Numbered from the stretch's first letter, positions 18,420-27,853 are shown. The stretch: DNA of 64,000 nt from an uncultured delta proteobacterium (GCA_963823335.1 CAWGLD010000001.1:320001-384000), one strand, 5' to 3'. Notes: a model not told the origin generated them from the letters alone. A program made the numbers and translations.

Positions 18420-19886
18420 TCACTCAGTCCGAATCGGTTTTTTACGCTGGAGCGTAAGTATCGTGATATCATCTTCCTGGGGAGCTTTGCCGATATGTTC
18501 AAAAACCTCCGTTGCGATCCTTTGAATGAGTTCTGGTGCGTCGGCTGCGGGCCGGGATAATAATGAGAAAAGGCGCCTCTTGGTAAATCGTTCTTCATCT
18601 GGAGATCGAGCGTCAATCACGCCATCTGTATAAGCAAACAAAATTTCGCCTGGCAGTAACTGGACTTCTTGGTATGCGAATTTTGCCTGAGGTATGGCAC
18701 CGACTGCCGGTCCGGTGGGCAATAACCGTTTGCGTACGCCCTTTTGATCAATCACGGACACGGCTTCATGACCGCCGTTAATGTAAAACAGTTTGCCACT
18801 TTCTGGATCTAAAACACCGAAAAAAAGCGTAGCAAACATGCACATATCATTGTCCTGAGCTATGTAATCATTGGTGAGAGAAACTGCAATTAGAGGATTG
18901 GTCTGCCCAAAGTCAACTTTTTCCTGTTTTTTTATTATGTCTCCCACTCTTTTTGGACTCATACCCTTGAATGATTCGCACAGGTTCTTGCACAGGTGCG
19001 TTTGCCCGGAAAAGATCCGGATCAGGCTGCGAAATAGAGCCATGAAAAGCGCTGATCCCACGCCTTTATCACACACATCACCGATGACCAGCCCAGTGTA
19101 GCCGCCCGGCAACATGAATGCATCGTAAAAGTCGCCGGAGACACGCTTGGCCGGGAAAAAAAACTCCTCAATGTCCCAATCGGGCAGAAGCGGCAATTGC
19201 CGGGGTAAAAAGTTCATTTGGATTTGACGACATTTTTCCATCTCCAGGTCGAGCTCCCGGGAATAGGCTTCGATTTTTTGATTGGCTTTTCCCAAGGACT
19301 TGAGTGAATTGTTCAGATTGGTGAAGAGACAGGTGTTTTCTATAACCATGGCCATCTGGGTTGCGATGACCCGCATCAACTCGACAATTTCCCTTGTAAA
19401 ATGGCAGGGTCTGGAGTGCTTTAGCGTTAGAATTCCCAGAAGCACTTCACCGGTGATGATGGGCAGGGATAGAGCCGAGCGATCACCATAGGGTTTATCC
19501 GTGGAGATTAGCCAGCGATCATCCGTCTGGGTGTCATCCACCAAGCCAATCTTGCGATGATGCCTGACCCAACCGGCAAGGCCTTTATTAAATGCAGATT
19601 CGATACGCACCGGCTTTGGCTGAGATGAAACATCTCCCCTGGAAAATATGATATCGCTGACACCACCGTCACTGTCGAGTAAGATCAGGCTGCCGTGGTG
19701 TGCGCCGGATAGTCTGATTGAGATATCAATCGTTTTGCGCAGCATGTCGTTTATTGCGGCGGGTTCATCCGGAGACCGCGCCATTGAAATAAAGCGTTCA
19801 AACAACTCAGACTGAGCTTTGAAGGCCTCACCCAATTCGTCCGCACTGAGAATGCTGCTCAGTTTTTCTTCTGCCATGCTCTCCAT
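18420..19886 (-). CDS. GAF-domain SpoIIE/RsbU-type PP2C phosphatase
   Basis: GAF N-terminus; VSGDFYD, DVCDKG, YTDGV and DDIT motifs. Confidence 0.9.
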   Translation of the reverse strand: MESMAEEKLSSILSADELGEAFKAQSELFERFISMARSPDEPAAINDMLRKTIDISIRLSGAHHGSLILLDSDGGVSDIIFSRGDVSSQPKPVRIESAFNKGLAGWVRHHRKIGLVDDTQTDDRWLISTDKPYGDRSALSLPIITGEVLLGILTLKHSRPCHFTREIVELMRVIATQMAMVIENTCLFTNLNNSLKSLGKANQKIEAYSRELDLEMEKCRQIQMNFLPRQLPLLPDWDIEEFFFPAKRVSGDFYDAFMLPGGYTGLVIGDVCDKGVGSALFMALFRSLIRIFSGQTHLCKNLCESFKGMSPKRVGDIIKKQEKVDFGQTNPLIAVSLTNDYIAQDNDMCMFATLFFGVLDPESGKLFYINGGHEAVSVIDQKGVRKRLLPTGPAVGAIPQAKFAYQEVQLLPGEILFAYTDGVIDARSPDEERFTKRRLFSLLSRPAADAPELIQRIATEVFEHIGKAPQEDDITILTLQRKKPIRTE

Positions 19887-19987
19887 TGTGGCGTCCTCAT
19901 GTGTTAAAATGCTATTTGACTTAAGTTAAAAGTTATAAATAAGGTGTTACAAAGAGAAATAATCGCCGCAGAAAGCATGAAAACATA

Positions 19988-20719
19988 TCAATTGTCATCA
20001 AAACGTTCTTCTTTCCAAGGATCGGCAGTGTTGCTGTACCCGTTGCTTTCATAATACCCGGGCTCATCCGTAACGGTGAATTTGATTCGCCGGACCCATT
20101 TTACACTTTTGTAGAAATATCGATCCGGTACCAACACACGCAGTGGAGCCCCATTCGCCTGGGGAAGTTTTTTATCGAACAAACTATGGGCCAGCAATAC
20201 ATTGTTTTTACCGGCCTCATGAATGGAGATGTTGCTTGAATACTTGCCGGGTGCCTCGAAGATGACAAAACCAGCCGTGTTTTTAACCTTGACCAGCTCC
20301 ATAATATATTTCATGGAAATACCATGCCAGCGCGAATCAAGCAGCGTCCAGCCGGTTACACAATGCACATCACACGTTTGCGCAATCTGTTCTAATCTCA
20401 TCAGATCCGCAATCTTCAAAATCAATGGATTTTCAACTTCACCATCGATTTTCAAACTCCATTCAGAGACGTCGCCGTCGCTCTGACGTCCACCCATGTC
20501 TGGCAAGGCTTTTACGGCATGCTGACCAGGGGGAATTCGCAGTTGTCCGTCCGATCTCAGCTCCGCCGCCATGGCTTGATTGTCTGAATCCGTCAATTTA
20601 CAAAAGACACCTGGCAAGCCGATGAATACAATGGTTCCACCGGCCGCCGCCATAAAGTCTCTTCGGGTTATTTTACGGGGCATTTTCCTACCAAACCCCA
20701 TTTTTGCCTTCATGTCCAT
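19988..20719 (-). CDS. Tat-exported molybdopterin-dependent oxidoreductase (sulfite oxidase/MsrP family)
   Basis: TRRDFM Tat motif; PPGQ, DVHCVTGW, NGAPLR, YKSVKW and PGYYE motifs. Confidence 0.88.
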   Translation of the reverse strand: MDMKAKMGFGRKMPRKITRRDFMAAAGGTIVFIGLPGVFCKLTDSDNQAMAAELRSDGQLRIPPGQHAVKALPDMGGRQSDGDVSEWSLKIDGEVENPLILKIADLMRLEQIAQTCDVHCVTGWTLLDSRWHGISMKYIMELVKVKNTAGFVIFEAPGKYSSNISIHEAGKNNVLLAHSLFDKKLPQANGAPLRVLVPDRYFYKSVKWVRRIKFTVTDEPGYYESNGYSNTADPWKEERFDDN

Positions 20720-20950
20720 GATATTTACTCCTTTTCCATTACAAATCCCGTTCAGCTTTTATAATAGTTGATGGTTTTTCAGAGTTCGAGAATATCGGAA
20801 ATTAAGGATGGGTCGCGTTTTATACCGCTTGTCATAATAATGTTCCGAAAATAGGATGGCGGCATAAGAGGTTGTAGCAGAAAAAAGGTCCTCAATCGGA
20901 ACGTTTTTCTGACAACCCCTATATAAAAAAAAAGAAAAGATTATAGCATA

Positions 20951-21085
20951 CCCTGAATAAACGACCACCCGTGAAACGGGTGGCTTTCATTTTTCCGCAA
21001 AGCGGAGAAAGATCCGGAGACGGCACGTCTCCGGACGTTTTGTTTCGGAACCGCGTGCTTAGCACGCGGTTTGTAGAACAATCAA
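20951..21085. mobile_element. Probable non-autonomous IS200/IS605-like palindromic element
   Basis: Subterminal hairpins CCACCCGT-GAA-ACGGGTGG and AACCGCGTGC-TTA-GCACGCGGTT with no ORF. The right 70 bp recur at 23641-23710. Confidence 0.5.
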
Positions 21086-21218
21086 GCTGGGAGGAATATT
21101 CTGCCGTGCGGTAGTGCTTCGCAGCGACCGTATGGGATTCTATTTAATATAGATTCGCTTGCATTCTCCTTGGCTAGTCGCGGAAAATGCAAGCGCTGTA
21201 GTTCAGGTAATTATCGCA

Positions 21219-21875
21219 TCAGACAACTGATTTCTGCTTGGCTTTTTCCCAGTCTTCCAGTTCAACACCTTCTTCCACGTCTTCCCAGCCACTGATCATG
21301 GCTTTGGTGTGAGCGAGTATGGTATGTCCGGTGGTGGTCATGTAGACATGTACGATAATGAATGAAAAAACGGCAAAGGCGCCTGCCATGTGAACCCAGG
21401 CTACAAGGGTGAGAGAAATACCTGCAATACCCCAGTTGGCCCAGGAGTTGTAACCCCAGTAGAGAAAACCGGTAATCATCATTACCGGGAGAAGAAGCGC
21501 CGCCAGGTTCAGATAGACCAGACGTTGAAGGGGGTTGTGTTTGGCCTCTTTTCGTTTGGGAAACGGGTGGGACTCCCCTCGAAAAATACCATAGGCATAG
21601 TAGCGGATCACTTCAATCATTTTCTGGGTTGTGGGGATGTATTGTTTCCATTCACCGGTTGTGAACACCCAGAAGACAAAGAATGCAAAGGCAATAAGCC
21701 AGGTGAGGCCAGTAAAGTTGTGTACCTTGACGGCTGTGTGGAATCCCAGCCAGGTATACACACCATGCACCTCCAGTCCGCTTACAAGAAGAATGAGAAT
21801 CAGCGCCATCTGAAGCCAGTGCCAGAAACGTTCATAGCGTGTATAAAGATAAATATTTCTCATCTTGCCTTCCAT
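21219..21875 (-). CDS. Di-heme cytochrome b (Ni-hydrogenase/thiosulfate reductase cyt b family), partner of the octaheme cytochrome
   Basis: ERFWHW, HN, KHNPLQR, VH...HVYM, AMISGW. Start 21875 with AGGAG RBS. Confidence 0.88.
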   Translation of the reverse strand: MEGKMRNIYLYTRYERFWHWLQMALILILLVSGLEVHGVYTWLGFHTAVKVHNFTGLTWLIAFAFFVFWVFTTGEWKQYIPTTQKMIEVIRYYAYGIFRGESHPFPKRKEAKHNPLQRLVYLNLAALLLPVMMITGFLYWGYNSWANWGIAGISLTLVAWVHMAGAFAVFSFIIVHVYMTTTGHTILAHTKAMISGWEDVEEGVELEDWEKAKQKSVV

Positions 21876-21891
21876 GATTGACTCTCTCCTT

Positions 21892-23526
21892 CTATTTTTT
21901 GTTATTTCCGTTGGTGAATATCCGGCCGATGCCGTGCAGGGAAACCCCCACAAGCGATCCCAGAATCACAAGCCAGCCCAAGGTATCCAGCAAGCCTGCG
22001 CTGTCGCGGCCCGGCATATAAAAGCCGGCCAGGTTCGCCATCCTGCCCTCATCACGCGTGTGACACTCGCTGCACACCACCACATTCTCTTTGGGGGCAA
22101 CCATGTGCGTGGTAGGATAGACAAAGGTCGTTTTAACAAAATCAAATTCGCCTGAGAACGGTATATCGAGGGATTTGGCACCATTCGAAAGGGCAACCTG
22201 CCAGTCGAGGGTGCTCCAGTAACCTTTGGGTCCCGACAGCAAGGGCGTCAACAGCGTCTTGTGCACCTTGTCGTAGGGCTGAACCCCCTCGTGGACCTTG
22301 AAAGGATAAATACGCGAGTTTTCATCGTTCCGGTCACCCAGTGGATGACTGAGTGCCACAACCCCGGATGGATCAATCGTATCCACTGCCGTGAGAGATT
22401 CAATGGAACCATTGAACCAGAAATATTGCGGTTTCAGATTTTTCTCCCACTTCATATTTCCTTTGATGGAAAGATAGTCTTCCTTCCCGTAGGCTCCCTT
22501 GGTTTTATAGGGTTTGCCGTCTTTGGTTTTCCCGGAAGTAGACCAGTCCCAGGACATTTTTGTCGGATTGACGCGCGCAAATGTCGGGATGTGGCAACTC
22601 TGGCAGGCGACCTTGTCCGTGTGGTCGTTGGCCTTGGATCCGGTCTTATGGGGCGTACTGCTGTGGCAGGATTCGCAGGTGATCTTGGACATCAGGTCAT
22701 CTTCGATCAGGCTTTTGCGATGTGTATAAGCCGGCGTCGTGTACATCCTGCCCGAAATGTTGTGCTGACTTGTGGTGTGGCAGCGGACACAATCGAAATT
22801 CTGACCATCGGTCCCCATATGGACGTCCAGCGCCTTGTTAGGTTTGGTCATGGACGAGTCGAGGTCACCATGCTTTACACCGTCACCACCACCGCCGTAG
22901 AAATGACAGGAGCCGCAGTTCTTCCGGGTAGGAAGGCCCACACTCTGAACGGCCAGCTTAATTTCGGATTGAATCTCATTGGCCAGCTCTTTCATTTCCG
23001 GATCTTCCTCTGACTCTTTCAGGAAGGCATTGAAATCCTCGAATGATTCATCCCAGTTAATTTCTTTGGAGCCATGGCAGACCAGGCAATTGGTGGCTTT
23101 GGTTTCATTGCCCCAGCCAGGATGACAGGAAAGACACCCCTTGTCTTGCCCGTTGTTAGCTGAAATACAGAAATTGTTCAGTGAATAAGCAGATTTCCCC
23201 ATCTGAACACCTTTTTCATTCGTGCCTGCCTTCCATGTCCAGTGGATGGTTTGATGAAATTGTGCTTCCGCCTCGGAATGACAGGAAATACAGGCAGCTG
23301 TCACCTGAGACCCTGACGTAAACGTCTGTTTTAACACCTCGTGCTTGGCGTGATCAGTCGTATTCCAGTGTTCGGCAATTTTGGCAGCCTGCTGCGCCAT
23401 GGTGCGGCCGGGTGCCTGATCTGCCGTTTCCTGAGCTGCCCAAGTTACGGATATCAAGCCTAAAAGAACCCAAACCGGTAGGAGAATAAAAAGAACGCCA
23501 GTGATTGGAGCGTTTGATGATTTCAT
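21892..23526 (-). CDS. otr: Octaheme c-type cytochrome, tetrathionate reductase (Otr) family
   Basis: Signal peptide; 8 CxxCH (CISCH, CLSCH, CLVCH, CGSCH, CVRCH, CESCH, CQSCH, CSECH); NNFCI and GGGDGVKHGDLD motifs; C-terminal TM. Confidence 0.88.
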   Translation of the reverse strand: MKSSNAPITGVLFILLPVWVLLGLISVTWAAQETADQAPGRTMAQQAAKIAEHWNTTDHAKHEVLKQTFTSGSQVTAACISCHSEAEAQFHQTIHWTWKAGTNEKGVQMGKSAYSLNNFCISANNGQDKGCLSCHPGWGNETKATNCLVCHGSKEINWDESFEDFNAFLKESEEDPEMKELANEIQSEIKLAVQSVGLPTRKNCGSCHFYGGGGDGVKHGDLDSSMTKPNKALDVHMGTDGQNFDCVRCHTTSQHNISGRMYTTPAYTHRKSLIEDDLMSKITCESCHSSTPHKTGSKANDHTDKVACQSCHIPTFARVNPTKMSWDWSTSGKTKDGKPYKTKGAYGKEDYLSIKGNMKWEKNLKPQYFWFNGSIESLTAVDTIDPSGVVALSHPLGDRNDENSRIYPFKVHEGVQPYDKVHKTLLTPLLSGPKGYWSTLDWQVALSNGAKSLDIPFSGEFDFVKTTFVYPTTHMVAPKENVVVCSECHTRDEGRMANLAGFYMPGRDSAGLLDTLGWLVILGSLVGVSLHGIGRIFTNGNNKK

Positions 23527-23567
23527 ACAAAATTTCCCTTCGTTTCCATAGACCCTGCCGGGTCGGA

Positions 23568-23621
23568 AAGGGGCAACAGACTATAAGCTGTCTCAAAAAT
23601 GGCTTATAGTGTTGCCCCCTT
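23568..23621 (-). terminator. Long hairpin between the rhodanese and otr genes (terminator/attenuator or mRNA stabiliser)
   Basis: AAGGGGCAAC..ACTATAAGC / GCTTATAGT.GTTGCCCCTT inverted repeat. Confidence 0.45.
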
Positions 23622-23640
23622 ATGGGTCTTAGCAGTCAAA

Positions 23641-23710
23641 GGAGACTGCACGTCTCCGTAAGTTCAGGTTCGGAACCGCGTGCCAAGCACGCGGTTTGTA
23701 GAACAATCAA
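23641..23710. repeat. Second copy of the 70-bp element at 21016-21085 (direct orientation)
   Basis: GGAGAC.GCACGTCTCCG...CGGAACCGCGTGC..AGCACGCGGTTTGTAGAACAATCAA. Confidence 0.85.
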
Positions 23711-23721
23711 CGGGCCCTAAA

Positions 23722-24849
23722 TCAAGAGGCAGGTTTCTTGATGGTATATGAACCGTCTTTATTAAAGGTGGCTTCGGCTTCAAGATAGAAGACGTTTTTC
23801 AATTCCGGTCTGACATCCTGAACCATGTAATAAGCCTCACCGCTTCTGGCACCCGTTGAACAGACAAAAACCACGGGTTTGTCCGAAGGCAAAGAACTGA
23901 TCTTACCCTCGAGCTCATCTGTTGGAATATTGACAGCCGTTTTGAAACTTCCGGCAGCAAACTCATCAGGGTCGCGAACATCGATCAACATGATGCTTGC
24001 AGGGTTTTCCATGATAATTTTTTCAAAGGCAGCGATATCGATGGTACCCTCTTCTGCACCGGCTGTTACCTTGACCGGCTCTGCTGCTGCCATTTCCTCT
24101 TTCCATGCCGGGTATCCCGCGGCAAATACCATTACATCTTTGTAGCCCAGCTGAACCGCCTTCCTGGCGGAATTATGACTCAGCTTTCAGGTGTAGCCTT
24201 CGCAGTAGAAAACCAGAGGTTTACTTTTGTCAGCGGGCAGGTCACCTGTCATCTCATCGAACTTGCTGTCCGGCAGGCTGATGGCGCCTGGAATGTGGCC
24301 TTTGTCATACTTGGGGCGTTTGGGGCGTGAATCGATAATCGCAACATCGGCGCTGGTCTCCACCAGTTTTTTTACGACACTGGTCTCGACAGCATAGTAG
24401 TTGCCGGGGGTGCTTTTCCATTTCGGGAATCCGTCTTCGAATACCTTGACGTTCTTGTAACCGAGTTTTTCTGCCTTCCAGGCAGATTTGTGACTCAGTT
24501 TTCAAGTGGGGCCTTCGCAATAAAAAATAAGCAGAGCTTCCTTGTTCTCCGGCAGACTGCTCAGCATGCTTTCGAACTTGCTGTCCGGGATGCTGACGGC
24601 TGAAGGAATGTACCCCTTGTCATATTTCGGACGTTTGGGCCGTGAATCGATGATCATCGTGTCGGCAGGTACCGGCACCATGGCATACTGTTGAACAAAT
24701 GCCACATCAACGATGTCGTGAAATTTCCAGGAAGTGTCTTCCACGGCGCTTGCGGCTTCTGGCGCTTTGGGTGCAGAGGCGCAACCAAAAGTCACCAGCA
24801 GCAGCGCTGCAAGGATGGACACCACCAACAAACTTTTTCTTACTGACAT
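23722..24849 (-). CDS. Triple-rhodanese lipoprotein, putative selenoprotein with two Sec (CxxxxU twice), 375 aa
   Basis: In-frame TGA at 24502-24504 (FYCEGPT-U-KLSH) and 24187-24189 (FYCEGYT-U-KLSH). The frame between them is open and repeats the rhodanese domain. SECIS-like hairpins follow each TGA. Lipobox LVTFGC. Confidence 0.88.
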
Positions 24850-24872
24850 GTGAAACCTCCTTTAATTATTTT

Positions 24873-25014
24873 GTGTCTATCCAGAAATAGGGATTTTCGC
24901 GTTCTGACAAGGCGGGCGTCAGATTTAACCCGGAGGAATAGCAAGCTATTTTGAGGAGTTAAATCATGGTGCCCAACACCGGCAGGGCGTGAAAAGACCA
25001 TTTGTGGATGGCAC
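24873..25014 (-). mobile_element. Divergent, inverted member of the ~150-bp MITE-like family
   Basis: Terminal IR GTGTCTATCCAGAAAT / ATTTGTGGATGGCAC. Internal blocks CAAGGCGGGC, AACCCG.AGG, GAGGAGTT and CCAACAC are shared with the reverse complement of 54338-54509. Confidence 0.55.
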
Positions 25015-25358
25015 TATTTACATTTTGCAGGTGTAGGTGAATCAGAACCATGTTCATAGAGATAGGTAAAAATATCCACCAGATCCGTATCGCTGACACT
25101 GCTCCACTCCTCTTGACAACCAAATTCAGCAAATTCCTTATTGTCGAAAATCGCCATCCACTCAGCCTGGGTGTGAGCATCAGGATTAACGGTCGGTTTG
25201 GGGGAAGTCACCTCACCTCTTTCCATACAGGTTTTGTACAGCTTCCGGTAGGTGTATTTTCCTTTACGTTTATTGCCCATTTCCATGGCCAGCCCTGTGC
25301 CCACAAAGCACACAGACACCAGGATGGCCACTGCAGTCGATACAATTTTCTTTTTCAT
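25014..25358 (-). CDS. Small exported cytochrome-c-like protein lacking an intact CxxCH
   Basis: Signal peptide, GNKRKGKYTYRK, YKTCM at the expected heme site; GGAGG RBS. Confidence 0.6.
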   Translation of the reverse strand: MKKKIVSTAVAILVSVCFVGTGLAMEMGNKRKGKYTYRKLYKTCMERGEVTSPKPTVNPDAHTQAEWMAIFDNKEFAEFGCQEEWSSVSDTDLVDIFTYLYEHGSDSPTPAKCK

Positions 25359-25432
25359 CCGATTACCTCCTAATTATTCAGCAATACAATGTTAAAATAT
25401 GAACGATTGGCTTTTTTTATCACATGAGTAAA

Positions 25433-25448
25433 AGCAATCTGTATGCCA
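25433..25448 (-). promoter_or_regulatory. Sigma54 -24/-12 promoter for the small exported protein-rhodanese-otr-cyt b operon
   Basis: Minus strand reads TGGCATACAGATTGCT (GG-N10-GC); a sigma54 activator gene lies nearby. Confidence 0.8.
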
Positions 25449-25540
25449 GTTAGACAAAAAATTAAATTAATTATAATTTACTGTAATCAATATATTTTTT
25501 AATCTGTAAAACCTACAGGTTTATAAGAGTTGCTTATCAA

Positions 25541-25570
25541 TTAACACTTGTTAACCATAGCTGTTAACAA
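25541..25570. promoter_or_regulatory. Candidate enhancer (UAS) for the sigma54 activator
   Basis: TTAACACTTGTTAA and TGTTAACA palindromes about 100 bp upstream of the -24/-12 site. A similar TGTTAAC...TTAACA occurs at 26424-26451. Confidence 0.45.
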
Positions 25571-25630
25571 TTTCACCCGTAGCCTTATGGCTGGTCCAGG
25601 CGACAAATGGTGGCTTCTCCTTCGGACGGG

Positions 25631-25942
25631 TTAGAAAACAACATACCGATAGCAATCCTTTAACATAAACGACAGTGCCTGGGCCGGAACGACAGCCACA
25701 TCACGCCGACGATGATCGAAATGTTTTTCAGCATCCTGCTTTGCGGTGAACGGACACAGGGTCATCCGGACCAGACGGCTCAGGCGCGTACATGCGTCGG
25801 TCTTAATGAACTCACACCCCGATCCCAGCAGATGAATCCAGACCTGTTTCTCCTGTGCCAGGGCGGCATCAGCCAGTTTTTCAACAAAGCCAAAATACCT
25901 GTTCGAGTTGACGATAATACCCAGCCTGTTTTCTGCACGCAT
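25631..25942 (-). CDS. DsrE-like small protein
   Basis: LGIIVNS...LADAA...V.IHLLGSG...LC...D.YVVF pattern of DsrE/F-like folds. Confidence 0.6.
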   Translation of the reverse strand: MRAENRLGIIVNSNRYFGFVEKLADAALAQEKQVWIHLLGSGCEFIKTDACTRLSRLVRMTLCPFTAKQDAEKHFDHRRRDVAVVPAQALSFMLKDCYRYVVF

Positions 25943-25947
25943 CAGGT

Positions 25948-26139
25948 TCACCACCAACAAATGACCCGCTCATAAACAAAAATATCCTTCACCAGGCGCG
26001 ACCAGTCGACCGCGGTGCCGGAGACCTCGTCCTGATAAAGACTCACCACAGCGATTTCATCCTCGCCAGCCGAGGCTTCGATCAGCCTTGCAACACTTTC
26101 ATCCGGCTTGCATTTTAGAATGTGCAACACCTTTGTCAT
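25948..26139 (-). CDS. Small DsrH/TusB-like hypothetical protein
   Basis: KVLHIL...VDWSRLVKDIF..ERVICWW; adjacent to the DsrE-like gene. Confidence 0.55.
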   Translation of the reverse strand: MTKVLHILKCKPDESVARLIEASAGEDEIAVVSLYQDEVSGTAVDWSRLVKDIFVYERVICWW

Positions 26140-26203
26140 CGTGACACCGTCGTACTCCAAAAAACCGTTGTTGTGTTCTTATCGGTCCTGTTCTTTTGTA
26201 TGA

Positions 26204-26278
26204 ATTGAAGAACCTCGCAGCATGCAAAGCACTGCTGCTGGCAGAACCCACGGGGAATGCACTCGCTGGTGCGGTTCA
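26204..26278 (+). repeat. Dispersed element family C (TTGAAGAACC...GCGGTTCA)
   Basis: Near-identical to the reverse complement of 42929-43004; ends shared with 54782-54900. Confidence 0.8.
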
Positions 26279-26313
26279 TCCATGTTAACCTTAAATTTCT
26301 CTTTCTCTACAAC

Positions 26314-26329
26314 AGCAATGTTCATACCA
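26314..26329 (-). promoter_or_regulatory. Sigma54 -24/-12 promoter upstream of the dsrH/dsrE-like pair
   Basis: Minus strand reads TGGTATGAACATTGCT. Confidence 0.65.
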
Positions 26330-26463
26330 AATTTGTATAAAACATGTATCAATTTGATTTTATACATATAAATAATTTTCTATGCTCGCTTGCTTTTTTA
26401 TAGAGCCTGAACTATATTTACATTTGTTAACTTTTTCGGATTAGATTAACATCGGGAGTACCC

Positions 26464-27849
26464 ATGGACATATCAAAATACTGGAAAACCATCGTCGACA
26501 CCCTTCAGGATGGCGTCATGGTCGTGGACCCCGGCGGGAAGGTGTTGTCTGTAAACCCGGCCGCAGAACAACTGACCGGTTACATGGCCGAAGAGTTGAT
26601 CGGCAGATCCTGTCGTGTTCTGGACTGTAGCGGGTGTGAAATCATCGATCAGGGTAAAGGAGAGAAATGGTGCGGTCTTTTCCTGAAAGGGAACGTCAAA
26701 GCCAAAAAGTGTTTGATTACCAACAAAGACCACCGATCGATAAATATCATAAAAAATGCAACCATCCTTTATGACCAAGACAGAACCATCATTGGCGCTG
26801 TGGAGACACTGACCGACATGTCTACCCTGGTATCCCAGCGATTTGAAATTTCACAACTGCGCAAAAGCCTGCATCTAGACGAGGGATTTCACGGTTTGAT
26901 CGGAAAATCGCCTGTCATGCAAAACCTCTTCGAACTCATTGAAAATGTCGCCCTGACAGAGGCGCCCGTGATTATAAGTGGCCCAAGCGGCACCGGCAAA
27001 GAACTGGTGGCCCGCGCCATTCACGAAGCCAGCGATCGAAAAGAAGAGCCTTTTGTCAAGGTGAATTGTTCGGCCTTGAATGAAAACCTGCTGGAAAGCG
27101 AATTGTTCGGTCATGTCAGGGGCGCATATTCGGGCGCTGAAAAAAGCAGAATCGGTCGTTTTGAAGCTGCCCACGGCGGCACCATCTTTCTGGATGAAAT
27201 CGGTGATATCAGTCCGACCATCCAGGTCAAGCTGTTGCGAACTCTGGAGGAGAAGGAAATCGAGAGGGTCGGTGACAACCAGCCCATAAAGGTTGATGTA
27301 AGGGTACTCTCGGCAACCAACAAGAACCTGGAGTCGCTGGTGAACCAGAATCGTTTTCGGGATGATCTGTATTTCCGTATCAACGTGTTTCCCATCAACT
27401 GTCCGCCACTCAAGGAACATGTAACGGATATTCCCATTCTCGTGCAGAATTTCATCCGGCTCAACAACCAGAAGAGCGGCAAAACAATCCTGGGCATGAC
27501 ACCGGAGGCCATCGAAAAAATTACTGCCTACGAATGGCCCGGAAATGTCCGCGAGCTGCGCAATGCCATCGAATATGCCTTTGTTCTTTGCTCCAGTGGC
27601 GGAATCGGGGTCAATCATCTGCCACCAAAAATCGCCGGCACTTCACTGGAATGTGTCGCACCTGAAACAAAGAGTGATCGCCCGGGAAAGAAAATAGACG
27701 CATCCAAAAAAAGCGCTCTGATCAAGGCCCTTCGCCAGGCACATGGCAATCGGTCCGAAACTGCCCGCCTTCTGGGTGTCAGCCGGGTGACGGTCTGGAA
27801 ACAGATCAAAAAATTCAAGATCGATTTGTTCAAAGACCTGGCCACGTAA
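26464..27849 (+). CDS. PAS-domain sigma54-dependent transcriptional activator (Fis-type HTH)
   Basis: Cys-rich PAS, GPSGTGKE, ESELFGHVRGAYSGA, FLDEIG, WPGNVREL, C-terminal HTH. Confidence 0.93.
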   Translation: MDISKYWKTIVDTLQDGVMVVDPGGKVLSVNPAAEQLTGYMAEELIGRSCRVLDCSGCEIIDQGKGEKWCGLFLKGNVKAKKCLITNKDHRSINIIKNATILYDQDRTIIGAVETLTDMSTLVSQRFEISQLRKSLHLDEGFHGLIGKSPVMQNLFELIENVALTEAPVIISGPSGTGKELVARAIHEASDRKEEPFVKVNCSALNENLLESELFGHVRGAYSGAEKSRIGRFEAAHGGTIFLDEIGDISPTIQVKLLRTLEEKEIERVGDNQPIKVDVRVLSATNKNLESLVNQNRFRDDLYFRINVFPINCPPLKEHVTDIPILVQNFIRLNNQKSGKTILGMTPEAIEKITAYEWPGNVRELRNAIEYAFVLCSSGGIGVNHLPPKIAGTSLECVAPETKSDRPGKKIDASKKSALIKALRQAHGNRSETARLLGVSRVTVWKQIKKFKIDLFKDLAT

Positions 27850-27853
27850 GATG

